Source: a bacterium
Lineage (GTDB): Bacteria; Sysuimicrobiota; Sysuimicrobiia; Sysuimicrobiales; Kaftiobacteriaceae
NCBI GenBank assembly: GCA_035292085.1
Contig: DATDQT010000083.1
Span: 12,288 to 76,287 of the forward strand
DNA: 64,000 bases
Reading direction: 5' to 3'
The notes under the pieces are model-generated. The model had not been told where the DNA came from. It searched no databases and saw nothing but the letters and a program-made list of their open reading frames with translations. Positions 18,139-26,887 of the stretch are shown here, piece by piece; position 1 is the stretch's first letter, and every line of letters begins with the position of its first letter. The position numbers and the translations under genes were made by a program.

Positions 18139-19906
18139 TCAGCGCACCGAGGACGACCAGCAGCACGGCCAGCGGCAGGCCGATCCGGAAGTAATCCTTC
18201 ATCGCATAGCCCCCCGGCCGCATCACCAGGAGATTCACCGGCGTCCCAATCGGCGTGAACGTGGTGGCCGTTCCGGCAACGACGGCCAGCATGAACGGGT
18301 ACACGCTCGCCCCGGTGACCGCCGCAATGTTGAACGCGACCGGTACCAGCACGACGGTGGCCGCCACACTGGGCATGACCTGATTCAGGACCGCCGCGGC
18401 GGCGAGCAGTCCCACGAGGGCAGGAAAGGGGCTCGGTCCGAACACGCCAAGAGTGCCCTGGACGATCGTCGTCGCCGCGCCGGTGGAGGCCACGGCTGTC
18501 CCCAATGGGATCAGCGCACCGATGAAGACCAGCGACCGCAGGTCGATGGCCTGATAGACTTCCTCCGCTGTCAGACAGCCCGAGGCGACGACCACGACCG
18601 CCGCCAGCAGGGCGGCCACGGCGATCGACGTGAGCCCGCTGACCGACAACACCACCATCAACGCCAGCGCGGTCACGGCCCACGAAACCTTCGCCCGCCG
18701 CGGGGGTTCCACTTCCCCGGTTTCGATGACGAGGAAGTCCGGGTCGTGTTTGAGCATCCTGATCCGTTCCCGGTGGCCCTGGACCAGCAGCGCATCGCCC
18801 ACCTGGAGCGGTACGTCGGCGAGGACCGTGCGCTTGGGCTGTCCTTCCCGCCAGATCGCCAGCACCGTGAGCCCAAACGCCTCTCGGAAATTCAGGGCTC
18901 GGAGCGTTTTCCCGAGCAGTGACGACCGCGGCGGCAGGATGACCTCCGCCACGCGCACGTCGCCGGACTCGATGGCGTAGGCCTCCGCCGTGGTCGCACC
19001 GTGAAGGCCGAGGGGTTCCAGCGCGCCGGCCTGGGACAATTCCTCGAAACGTCCCTGCACAAGGAGCCGGTCGCCGCCGATGAGGCGTTCTGACGGCGGA
19101 GGCGCCGTGATCACCCGAACGCCGCGCGTGACGCCGACGACGGTGACGCCGAGCGTCTTCCCCAGTTCGCTTTCGGCGATCGACCGGCCGACGAGGGGAG
19201 AGTCTGCGGGGATACGCACTTCAAACAACCGCTCCCGCAGGCGGTAGAGCTCCATCAGGCGGCCGGGCCGGGGGACGTCGATCGAGGCCACGCTAGGGAG
19301 CCACCGGCGCCCCACGGCGGCGATGAATGCCAGCCCGACCACCAGAAACACCGCCCCAAGGGGGAAGAACGTGAACAGGCCAAACGGGTCCGCGCCACCG
19401 TCGACGAGGGCCTGGCTGGCGATGAGGTTGCTCGGACCGGCGATCAGCGTGAGGACTCCGCCCAACCGCGTCCCTAGTGCCATCGGGAGCAGCAGTTTTG
19501 ACGGACTGATCTTCGCCTCCCGGGCCGCTACCATGGCCGCCGGCAGCAGCACGGCAATCGCGCCGAGGCTGTTGATCAGTCCGGCGAGCAGACCCGCCGC
19601 CATTCCGAAGGTCAGGATCAACCGGGCTTCGTTCCCCCCGGCGATCCGCAGGATGCCGCGGCCGGTCCATGCCGCCAGGCCCACGCGTTCGAGGGCCGCG
19701 CCCAGGACGAAGATCGAGGCCACGGCGAGCAGCGCGGGAGACCCGAAGCCCGAAAACCCTTGCTCGGTCGTGACGGTCCCAGCCAGCAGGAGAGCCAGCA
19801 GCACCGCCACGGCGATGAAGTCGGGACGCCATCGCCCGCTGAGGAAGGCCACCGTGGCGAGGGCAAGCACCACGAGGACGAACGCTGCTGAGGAGCTCAG
19901 TTCCAT
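18107..19906 (-). CDS. SLC13/DASS-type anion permease with two central TrkA-C (RCK_C) domains
   Basis: Trimmed from ORF 18107..20245 to ATG 19906 (MELSSSAAFVLVVLALA...). The protein is polytopic and hydrophobic, with two internal soluble repeats: VRIPADSPLVGRSIAESELGKTLGVTVVGVTR and VILPPRSSLLGKTLRALNFREAFGLTVLAIWR. 599 aa. Confidence 0.75.
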   Translation of the reverse strand: MELSSSAAFVLVVLALATVAFLSGRWRPDFIAVAVLLALLLAGTVTTEQGFSGFGSPALLAVASIFVLGAALERVGLAAWTGRGILRIAGGNEARLILTFGMAAGLLAGLINSLGAIAVLLPAAMVAAREAKISPSKLLLPMALGTRLGGVLTLIAGPSNLIASQALVDGGADPFGLFTFFPLGAVFLVVGLAFIAAVGRRWLPSVASIDVPRPGRLMELYRLRERLFEVRIPADSPLVGRSIAESELGKTLGVTVVGVTRGVRVITAPPPSERLIGGDRLLVQGRFEELSQAGALEPLGLHGATTAEAYAIESGDVRVAEVILPPRSSLLGKTLRALNFREAFGLTVLAIWREGQPKRTVLADVPLQVGDALLVQGHRERIRMLKHDPDFLVIETGEVEPPRRAKVSWAVTALALMVVLSVSGLTSIAVAALLAAVVVVASGCLTAEEVYQAIDLRSLVFIGALIPLGTAVASTGAATTIVQGTLGVFGPSPFPALVGLLAAAAVLNQVMPSVAATVVLVPVAFNIAAVTGASVYPFMLAVVAGTATTFTPIGTPVNLLVMRPGGYAMKDYFRIGLPLAVLLVVLGALIIPRIVPLRP

Positions 19907-19923
19907 CCTGCAGGGCGGTGCGG

Positions 19924-21102
19924 TTACACTCGCTCGACGGCCATGGCCACGGCCTCGCCGCCGGCCAGACAGATCGCGGCCACCCCGCGCCGGGCTTCGT
20001 ACCGCGGCATGGCGTGCAGCAGCGTCGTGAGGATGCGGCCTCCGCTGGCGCCGATGGGATGGCCCATGGCCACCGCGCCGCCGTGGACGTTGACCCGGTC
20101 GGTGCTGACCCCGAGATCGCGGGTCACGCCGATGACCACCGCGGCGAACGCCTCGTTGATTTCGAAGAGGTCGACGTCGCCGGTCGTCCAGCCGATTTTC
20201 TCCAGCAGCGCGCGGGTGGCGTGCGCGGGCGCAATCGTGAACCACTCCGGGGCCATCGCCGCGCCGGCGTAGCCGACGATGCGGGCCATCGGCCGCAGAC
20301 CCAGGGTGGCGGCGACGTCGGCCGCGGCCAGGACCACGGCGGCGGCGCCGTCGCTGTTGCTGCTCGCGTTGGCCACCGTGACCGTGCCGTTCTCCTCAAA
20401 TGCGGGCTTGAGCTTGCCCAGCTTCTCGAAGTCCACGCGCCGGGGCTCTTCGTCCTCACCGATCACGACCGGTTCGCTCTTCGGCTGCGGGACCTCGACC
20501 GCGACGACCTCGTCGGCGAACAGTCCGTCGTCCATCGCCCGCAGCGCCCGCGTGTAGCTCAGGCGCGCGAAGTCATCTTGCTCCCCCCGCGAAATCCGGT
20601 ACTCCCGGGCCAGCAGTTCGGCGCAGTTGCCCATGTGGAGCTGCTGATACGCGTCGGTGAGTCCGTCGTGCAGCACGCTGTCGATGATCCGTTCGTGGCC
20701 CAGACGGTACCCCGTCCGCGCCCGCGTGAGCAGGTACGGCGAGCCGCTCATGTTCTCGAACCCGCCGGCGACGACGATGTCCGCATCGCCGAGGGCGATC
20801 GCCTGTGCGGCCAGCATCGCGGCCTTGAGTCCGGATCCGCACATCTTGTTGACCGTGGTGGCCGGGACCGATGGCGGGAGGCCCGCGTACAGCGCGGCCT
20901 GCCGCGCCGGTGCCTGGCCGAGTCCGGCGCTGAGCACATTGCCCATGATCACTTCGGAGACGGCATCCTTCTCCAGGCCGGCCCGCCGCACCGCCTCGGC
21001 GATGGCGATGCTGCCCAATTTCGGGGCGGGGATCGTCGCCAAACCGCCGAGAAACCGCCCGATCGGCGTCCGGGCCGCGCTGACAATGACGACGTCTCTC
21101 AT
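19924..21102 (-). CDS. Acetyl-CoA C-acetyltransferase (thiolase II)
   Basis: Only the C-terminal 392 codons of the 877-aa ORF 19924..22557 are used. ATG 21102 is preceded by GGAGG. Begins MRDVVIVSAARTPIGRFLGG, with VNKMCGSGLKA (active-site Cys) and C-terminal CLAGGEAVAM. Confidence 0.85.
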   Translation of the reverse strand: MRDVVIVSAARTPIGRFLGGLATIPAPKLGSIAIAEAVRRAGLEKDAVSEVIMGNVLSAGLGQAPARQAALYAGLPPSVPATTVNKMCGSGLKAAMLAAQAIALGDADIVVAGGFENMSGSPYLLTRARTGYRLGHERIIDSVLHDGLTDAYQQLHMGNCAELLAREYRISRGEQDDFARLSYTRALRAMDDGLFADEVVAVEVPQPKSEPVVIGEDEEPRRVDFEKLGKLKPAFEENGTVTVANASSNSDGAAAVVLAAADVAATLGLRPMARIVGYAGAAMAPEWFTIAPAHATRALLEKIGWTTGDVDLFEINEAFAAVVIGVTRDLGVSTDRVNVHGGAVAMGHPIGASGGRILTTLLHAMPRYEARRGVAAICLAGGEAVAMAVERV

Positions 21103-21144
21103 TCTTAACCTCCATCTACCATCTCCAATCGTACTGCGCTGCCC

Positions 21145-21173
21145 TTGAACAGGGTAGGGGGACTTGCTAGAGT
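21145..21173 (+). promoter_or_regulatory. Putative sigma-70-type promoter of lysA (TTGAAC-17 nt-TAGAGT)
   Basis: TTGAAC at 21145-21150 and TAGAGT at 21168-21173. The lysA ATG at 21181 lies about 7 nt downstream of the -10 box, and no Shine-Dalgarno sequence is visible. Confidence 0.3.
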
Positions 21174-21180
21174 ACACGCG

Positions 21181-22509
21181 ATGACCTCGAACCTCGCCGC
21201 ACGGCATGGGTACGGCGTGGACGCCTCCGGACACCTCAGCCTCGGTGGGTGCGATGCGCTCGCGCTGGCCCGCGAGTTCGGCACGCCGCTGCACGTCATC
21301 GATGAAGACCGCTTCCGGGCCAACTGCCGTGCCTACCAAGCCGCCCTGGCCGACGTCTACGGCGCCAACGCCCGGCCTCTGTACGCGTCCAAGGCGCTGT
21401 GCGTCGTCGCGACCTGCCAGCTGGCCGTCCAGGAAGGGCTCGGGATCGACGTCGCGTCGGGGGGAGAAATTCACACGGCGCTCCGCGCCGCCGTCCCCCC
21501 ATCTGATTTGTACTTTCACGGGAACAACAAGACCCCGGCCGAGCTCGAGTACGCACTGCGGGTCGGGGTCGGCCGCATCATCGTCGACAACGAGTACGAA
21601 CTCGATCTCCTCGACGCGCTCACGCAGCGCCTGGGCGTCGACGCGCACATCCAGCTGCGGCTGACCCCGGGGATCGAGCCGCACACGCATCGGGCCATCC
21701 GCACCGGCGGTGTGGATTCCAAGTTCGGGTTCGGCATGCTGGACGGATCCGCCCACCAGGCGGTGGCCCGGGCGAGCCGGATGACCCGGGCGCGCCTTCA
21801 CGGGATTCACGCGCACATCGGATCGCAGGCGTTCGACCTCGACCCGTTCCGGCTCTCCGCCGCGGCGCTGGTGGAGTTTGCGGCCCGGGTGCGGGACGAT
21901 CTCGACGTCACCATCGAGGAAATCAACTGCGGAGGCGGGTTGGGCATCCGCTACCTGGCGTCCGACGAACCGCCGACGATCGGCGATTTCGTCGCGGCGG
22001 TGGCCGGGACGGTGAAGGCGGGCGCCGCGCAGTATCATCTCAGCCCGCCGGCGCTGTTCGTCGAACCCGGCCGCTCGATCGTCGGGGATGCGGGGGTGAC
22101 TCTCTACACGGTGGGCGCGATCAAGACGATTCCCGGGGTCCGGACGTACGTAGCCGTGGACGGCGGCATGTACGAGAATCCACGGCCCGCCCTCTATGGG
22201 GCGCGCTACGAGGCCGTGCGGGCCGACCGGCCCACTGATCCACCGTCGCAAACCGTAGCCCTGGCGGGGCAGTGCTGCGAGTCGGGGGACATCCTGATTT
22301 GGGAAGCCGCCATTCCGCCGGTCAGCGGCGGCGACGTGCTGGCCGTCTTCGCGACGGGCGCGTACACGTACTCGATGGGGAGCAACTACAACCGGTTTCC
22401 GCGGCCGGCCATCGTGCTGGCCGGCGGGGGCCGCGCCCGGGTCGTCGTCGCGCGCGAGACCTACGAGGATCTCGTCAGCCGGGACGTGGCGCTGGATGCT
22501 GGGCCTTAA
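21181..22509 (+). CDS. lysA: Diaminopimelate decarboxylase
   Basis: ATG 21181 (MTSNLAARHGY...). Contains GTPLHVIDEDRFRANCRAY...YASKA (PLP Lys region) and C-terminal CESGDIL...GAYTYSMGSNYN; 442 aa. Confidence 0.85.
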   Translation: MTSNLAARHGYGVDASGHLSLGGCDALALAREFGTPLHVIDEDRFRANCRAYQAALADVYGANARPLYASKALCVVATCQLAVQEGLGIDVASGGEIHTALRAAVPPSDLYFHGNNKTPAELEYALRVGVGRIIVDNEYELDLLDALTQRLGVDAHIQLRLTPGIEPHTHRAIRTGGVDSKFGFGMLDGSAHQAVARASRMTRARLHGIHAHIGSQAFDLDPFRLSAAALVEFAARVRDDLDVTIEEINCGGGLGIRYLASDEPPTIGDFVAAVAGTVKAGAAQYHLSPPALFVEPGRSIVGDAGVTLYTVGAIKTIPGVRTYVAVDGGMYENPRPALYGARYEAVRADRPTDPPSQTVALAGQCCESGDILIWEAAIPPVSGGDVLAVFATGAYTYSMGSNYNRFPRPAIVLAGGGRARVVVARETYEDLVSRDVALDAGP

Positions 22510-23122
22510 CCCGGCGATCCTGCCGTATCTGGCCGTGGCCCTGATCGTGGCGGCCACCGTGCACGAGTTCGCCCACGCCTACGTAGCGGACCGGTTGGGC
22601 GATCCGACGCCGCGGGGCATGGGCCGGCTCACCCTCAACCCCCTGGCGCACCTGGATCCCATCGGCTCGCTGATGATTCTGCTGGTCGGGTTCGGATGGG
22701 CCAAACCGGTGCAGATCAACCCGGCCAACTTTGCGGACTGGCGGCGCGATTCCATTCTCGTCGCGCTGGCGGGGCCGCTGGCCAACGTGACGCTGGTCTT
22801 TCTGCTCGGCCTGCCGTTCAAGCTCGAACTGGTCGACACAGGCAGCGGCGTCCTGTTCGGCCTGCTGGGGTGGGGACTGCAGATCAACGCCATGCTGGCG
22901 GTCTTCAATCTCATCCCCATCCCCCCGCTCGACGGCTCGAAGGTCCTCGTCGGCCTGCTCCCGGGCAATCTGGCCATCAGTTACGCGCGGGTGGAACGGT
23001 TCGGGTTTCTCATTCTGCTGGCCTTGATCTTCACCCGGGCCTTGCCGGCGATCGTCATTCCGCCGATGCGGTGGCTGATCGCGCAGGCGACGGGATCGTT
23101 CGGCATCGGGCTGTTCTTCTGA
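22496..23122 (+). CDS. Site-2 protease family (peptidase M50) membrane metalloprotease
   Basis: 208 aa. HEFAHA zinc motif sits in the first TM region, followed by LTLNPLAHLDPIGS and NLIPIPPLDGSKV. Confidence 0.75.
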   Translation: MLGLNPAILPYLAVALIVAATVHEFAHAYVADRLGDPTPRGMGRLTLNPLAHLDPIGSLMILLVGFGWAKPVQINPANFADWRRDSILVALAGPLANVTLVFLLGLPFKLELVDTGSGVLFGLLGWGLQINAMLAVFNLIPIPPLDGSKVLVGLLPGNLAISYARVERFGFLILLALIFTRALPAIVIPPMRWLIAQATGSFGIGLFF

Positions 23123-23132
23123 GGATGACCGC

Positions 23133-23840
23133 ATGTACACGGTGAAGGTGGCGGGATTCGAAGGACCGCTCGACCTGCTGGTGACGCTGGCGCAGCAGGG
23201 GCAGATCGATCTGCGCGCCGTGGCCTTGGGCCAGATTGCCGAGGACTACCTGGCCGGTTCGAAAGGGGCCTTTGACCTGGAGGAGGCCACGGAGGTGTTG
23301 TGGACGCTGGCCGCGCTGGTGGAAATGAAATCTAAACTCCTCGTGCCCAAGCCCGTGGAGAGCGAACCGGTCGTCATTGAAGAGGCGGACGGGGACCTGG
23401 CCGAGCAACTGGAAGGGAAGCTCAGAGAGTACCGGGCGTTCAAAGAGGTCGCGTCGGCGCTGCGCGCGCTGGAAGAGGTCCAGCGCCAGGTGTTTGCCCG
23501 TCCGCTCGACGACGAGGCGGGGGAAGTGATCCTGGAAGGGGTCGCCTTGCAGGATCTCTTCGCGGCTTTCCAGCAGGTCCTCACCCGGGCCAAGGATGAA
23601 GTCGGCGAGGTCCGCGGGGAAGAGGTCAAGGTTGGGCAGCAGATCGACATGCTGCTGGCTCTGCTGACGGCGCAGCCCAACGGGGTCGTATTCCCGGAGC
23701 TGTTCGACCAGCGGGCCACAAAGCTGCACGTGATCGTCACGTTCCTCGCGCTGCTGGAACTGATCAAAGAACGCCGGGTCCGCGTGCAGCAGAGCGGGCC
23801 GTTTGCGGCCATCCGGGTGGTGCTGGTGCATGGAGCCTGA
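23133..23840 (+). CDS. scpA: Segregation and condensation protein A
   Basis: 235 aa. The N-terminus FEGPLDLLVTLAQQGQIDL is typical of ScpA, and the gene lies upstream of scpB. Confidence 0.8.
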   Translation: MYTVKVAGFEGPLDLLVTLAQQGQIDLRAVALGQIAEDYLAGSKGAFDLEEATEVLWTLAALVEMKSKLLVPKPVESEPVVIEEADGDLAEQLEGKLREYRAFKEVASALRALEEVQRQVFARPLDDEAGEVILEGVALQDLFAAFQQVLTRAKDEVGEVRGEEVKVGQQIDMLLALLTAQPNGVVFPELFDQRATKLHVIVTFLALLELIKERRVRVQQSGPFAAIRVVLVHGA

Positions 23841-24393
23841 AGGCGCGCTGGACCGCGACCGCCTTCTGCGGGCCATGGAATGCCTGCTGCTGGTGGGAGG
23901 CGGTCCCGTCCGCGTCGATCAACTGCGTGACGTGCTGGGCGTGAGCGACGAGGTCGTTAGGGATCTCGCCGGGGAGTTGATCCGGCTCTACGACCAGCGG
24001 GGATTGCAGGTCCAGCAGATTGCCGGCGGGTACCAGCTCACGACGCGGCCGGAGTTCGCCCCGTACGTGTCGCGCCTGCTGGGCCTGGAGCGCCGGGAGC
24101 CGGTGTCGCGCGCATCACTGGAAACCCTGGCGATCGTCGCCTACCGTCAGCCGGTCACGCGGGCGGAGGTGGAAGCGGTCCGGGGGGTCCGCTGCGAGCA
24201 CGTGCTCGAACGGCTCACGGAACTGGAGCTGATTCGCGCGATCGGACGCCGGCCGACGTTGGGCCGGCCCATCCTGTATGGTACGACCGAGGCGTTCCTC
24301 CGGCACTTCGGCTTGAAGGATCTGAGTGATCTCCCCCCATTGGAGGGCCATGATCCACGCCAGGCGCTGGCCTCTGATCCTCTGGCGCCCTGA
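23830..24393 (+). CDS. scpB: Segregation and condensation protein B
   Basis: ATG 23830. Contains LETLAIVAYRQPVTRAEVEAVRGV...LELIRAIGRRPTLGRPILYGTTEAFLRHFGL; 187 aa. Confidence 0.8.
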   Translation: MEPEGALDRDRLLRAMECLLLVGGGPVRVDQLRDVLGVSDEVVRDLAGELIRLYDQRGLQVQQIAGGYQLTTRPEFAPYVSRLLGLERREPVSRASLETLAIVAYRQPVTRAEVEAVRGVRCEHVLERLTELELIRAIGRRPTLGRPILYGTTEAFLRHFGLKDLSDLPPLEGHDPRQALASDPLAP

Positions 24394-25225
24394 ACCACTC
24401 GCGCCGTTCGGGTTCAGGGCAAGTCCTCTTGTTGGTCTTATGGTCGCCCTGGCCGTGGCCTTCTCGGTTGGGGCCGCAGCCCCGCCGCCTCCGCCGGCTG
24501 TTGACGCGGCCGCGGCCATCCTCGTCGATGCCCGCACGGGACGGGTCCTCTTCGCTCGCAACGAGCACCAACGCCTCCCGCCGGCGTCGACGACGAAAAT
24601 CATGACCGCGTTGCTGGCGGCGGAAGCCCTGCCGCTGGACGCCCTGGTCGCGATCAGCGCGCGGGCGGCCAACGAACGCGGCGGGGCGGCGATCGGCCTG
24701 GAGCGCGGCCAGTGGTGGACCGTTGATGATCTCCTCCGCGCCATGCTGCTGCACTCGGCCAACGATGCGGCCGTGGCGCTGGCCGAAGCCGCCGCAGGGT
24801 CGGTCGAGGCGTTTGCATCGCGCATGAACGCCAAGGCGCGGACGTTGGGCGCCAGGGACACGCACTTCGTCACGCCCAACGGACGGTATCATCCGCGGCA
24901 CCTCACCTCAGCGTACGACCTTGCCCGGATGGCTCAGGCCGCCCTCGCCAATCCGGTCCTGGCCCGGATGGTGGTGCTCCGGACCTGGCAGCTGACGAGA
25001 CCGAACACGCCGCCGCGCGTGATCATCAACACCAACCGCCTCCTCTGGCAGTTCATCGGCGCGGACGGGGTGAAGACCGGCTGGATTGCCGAGTCCGGTC
25101 GCTGCCTGGTGGGGTCGGCCACGCGCAACGGCCGGCGGCTGATCGTGGTGCTCCTCAGCGCGCCCAACTTGTTCACCGATGCCGCGCATCTGCTCGAGTA
25201 CGGTTTCACTCAGGTCCCGCCGTGA
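24350..25225 (+). CDS. D-alanyl-D-alanine carboxypeptidase (peptidase S11, PBP5-like)
   Basis: Signal/anchor N-terminus, SxxK motif PPASTTKIMTA, SAND (SxN) and KTGW (KTG) motifs. The start is uncertain (ATG 24350 or GTG 24326). Confidence 0.75.
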   Translation: MIHARRWPLILWRPEPLAPFGFRASPLVGLMVALAVAFSVGAAAPPPPPAVDAAAAILVDARTGRVLFARNEHQRLPPASTTKIMTALLAAEALPLDALVAISARAANERGGAAIGLERGQWWTVDDLLRAMLLHSANDAAVALAEAAAGSVEAFASRMNAKARTLGARDTHFVTPNGRYHPRHLTSAYDLARMAQAALANPVLARMVVLRTWQLTRPNTPPRVIINTNRLLWQFIGADGVKTGWIAESGRCLVGSATRNGRRLIVVLLSAPNLFTDAAHLLEYGFTQVPP

Positions 25226-25274
25226 AACGTCTGTACCGCTCGCGTACCGACCGCATCAAGTTGGTACGGGGCTG

Positions 25275-25862
25275 ATGCGAGCGGACCGGACAAAGTGGGA
25301 CCGGCGCTACAAGAGCGGCGACCGGCCGCACGACGGACCGCCGTCGGAGTTCCTCACGCGCTGGCTGCCGTATCTGCCCCGGGGCCGGGGGCTCGACGTG
25401 GCGACCGGTCTGGGACGCAACGCGGTCTTGCTGGCAGAGGCGGGCTATCGCGTTGACGCCGTCGACATTTCATCGGTCGGCTTGGGGCTGGCAGGCGCGC
25501 GCGCCGCGGCCCGCGGCACGCGAATCCGGTGGATTGAGGCCGACTTGGACTCGTGGGTTCCCCCGGCCGACCGCTACGCCGTGGTCGTGATGGCCTTCTA
25601 CCTGAACCGGAAACTCATGCCGCGCCTGCTGGCGGCGGTCAGGCCGGGAGGCGTGATGATCGTGGAGACGCACCTGCGTGCAGATCGTGAACCGTGCCGA
25701 TCTCGCTACCGCCTGCGGCCCGGCGAACTGCGCCGCCAGTTTGCGGCCTGGGAGATCCTGGAACTCGAAGAGGGGAAATTCGGCGGCGGCGGGCACGGCG
25801 TCGTCAGCCGCATCGTCGCCCAACGCCCCGGCGGCCGCCGGCTCAATACGCCATGCCGGTAG
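25275..25862 (+). CDS. Class I SAM-dependent methyltransferase (TehB-like)
   Basis: Trimmed to ATG 25275. WDRRY at the N-terminus, motif I GLDVATGLGRNAVLLAEAGYRVDAVDIS, and a later PGGVMIVE; 195 aa. Confidence 0.7.
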   Translation: MRADRTKWDRRYKSGDRPHDGPPSEFLTRWLPYLPRGRGLDVATGLGRNAVLLAEAGYRVDAVDISSVGLGLAGARAAARGTRIRWIEADLDSWVPPADRYAVVVMAFYLNRKLMPRLLAAVRPGGVMIVETHLRADREPCRSRYRLRPGELRRQFAAWEILELEEGKFGGGGHGVVSRIVAQRPGGRRLNTPCR

Positions 25863-25957
25863 GTTCTTTAGGCCCTCCACCCGCCCCCTGTAGGTCAGCC
25901 GGACGAATTTCTCGGCATTGGAAGACTGCGGCAGGCCGCCGCCTTGCGGTGGAGCGC

Positions 25958-26293
25958 CTACCCGATCCGGCCGCCCAACTCCGCCTCTTTGTCGGGCATC
26001 AGCAGCACGATGCGGCCGCCGTGCTCCATGACGCCGAGCGTCAGCACTTCGGAGGAAAAATCCGCGATCTGGCGCGGCGGGAAGTTCGTCACACAGACCA
26101 CCTGCCGGCCGAGCAGCTCGTCCTTCGCGTAGAAGGGACGGATCGCGACCGACGACCGTTTCGTGCCGAACGGTCCGAAGTCGATAGTCAGTTTGTACGA
26201 CGGCTTGCGTGCTTTCGGAAAGTCCTCGACGGCGACGATCGTGCCGACGCGCATCTCGACCCGCTCGAAATCGTCAATCGAAATCGTGGACAT
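25958..26293 (-). CDS. csaA: tRNA-binding protein CsaA (EMAP/OB-fold domain)
   Basis: Trimmed to ATG 26293 (MSTISIDDFERVEMRVGTIV...). Contains KLTIDFG...QVVCVTNFPPRQIADFSSEVL; 111 aa. Confidence 0.75.
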   Translation of the reverse strand: MSTISIDDFERVEMRVGTIVAVEDFPKARKPSYKLTIDFGPFGTKRSSVAIRPFYAKDELLGRQVVCVTNFPPRQIADFSSEVLTLGVMEHGGRIVLLMPDKEAELGGRIG

Positions 26294-26793
26294 CAGGTGA
26301 GCGTCCACGCCCGGCGCCAGCTGTCCGGCAGAGGCAGATCGGCAATCTTTGCGTAGAAGGTCCACATGCCGTGGTGGAGCGTTTCATGCTGCAGGAGCCT
26401 GGTCAGATGCTGCGCGAGCGAGACCTCCGCTCCATCTCCCCAGTCGATCCGGCCCGCCCGCTGGTCCTCGGACAGGGCCGAGAGGAGGTCGACCATGCGG
26501 GCATCCAGCGCCTGGAGGTAGGCGGCGACGTCATCCTTCGAGCGTTCGAGCGTTCGCTGCCGCCGGTGGGCCGCGAAGTCCATGCGACCGCGTTCAATCG
26601 CCGTCATGTACGCGGCCTGGATGTCTCCGACGTGGCGGATCTGCCGGATGAGCGTGCCGAAGTCCGGGTGAGGCGAGAAGTTCATCACGGAGTAGGGGAG
26701 CGTCTCCAGCAGGTCGTACGTGAGCCGGCGCGTCGCCGTCCACTCCGTCAGCCACGCCGCGAATTCCGCAGGGATTCCAGGCGCATCAGCCAT
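26293..26793 (-). CDS. DinB-family (DinB_2) metal-dependent four-helix-bundle protein
   Basis: 166 aa. The His pattern (IRHVGD...HETLHHG) and length are typical of the DinB superfamily. It overlaps the csaA start by 1 nt. Confidence 0.6.
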   Translation of the reverse strand: MADAPGIPAEFAAWLTEWTATRRLTYDLLETLPYSVMNFSPHPDFGTLIRQIRHVGDIQAAYMTAIERGRMDFAAHRRQRTLERSKDDVAAYLQALDARMVDLLSALSEDQRAGRIDWGDGAEVSLAQHLTRLLQHETLHHGMWTFYAKIADLPLPDSWRRAWTLT

Positions 26794-26887
26794 GCTGCTC
26801 TCGGTTTCTCGGCATCTTCCGGTCTCCCTGTCTCCCCGCCGCGAGGCCGGAGGTCATCAGAAGCAGGTGGGGAAAGAGAGTGCGGAT

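Noticed and set aside
19907-20245. 113-codon Arg-rich N-terminal extension of the SLC13-type permease ORF
   Set aside because: The extension overlaps the thiolase gene on the same strand in another frame and is Arg/Gly/His-rich. The hydrophobic transporter sequence begins at ATG 19906.
21103-22557. N-terminal 485 codons of the 877-aa minus-strand ORF 19924..22557
   Set aside because: Only the last 392 codons (from ATG 21102, with a GGAGG RBS) encode thiolase. The upstream part is antisense to lysA and has junk composition.
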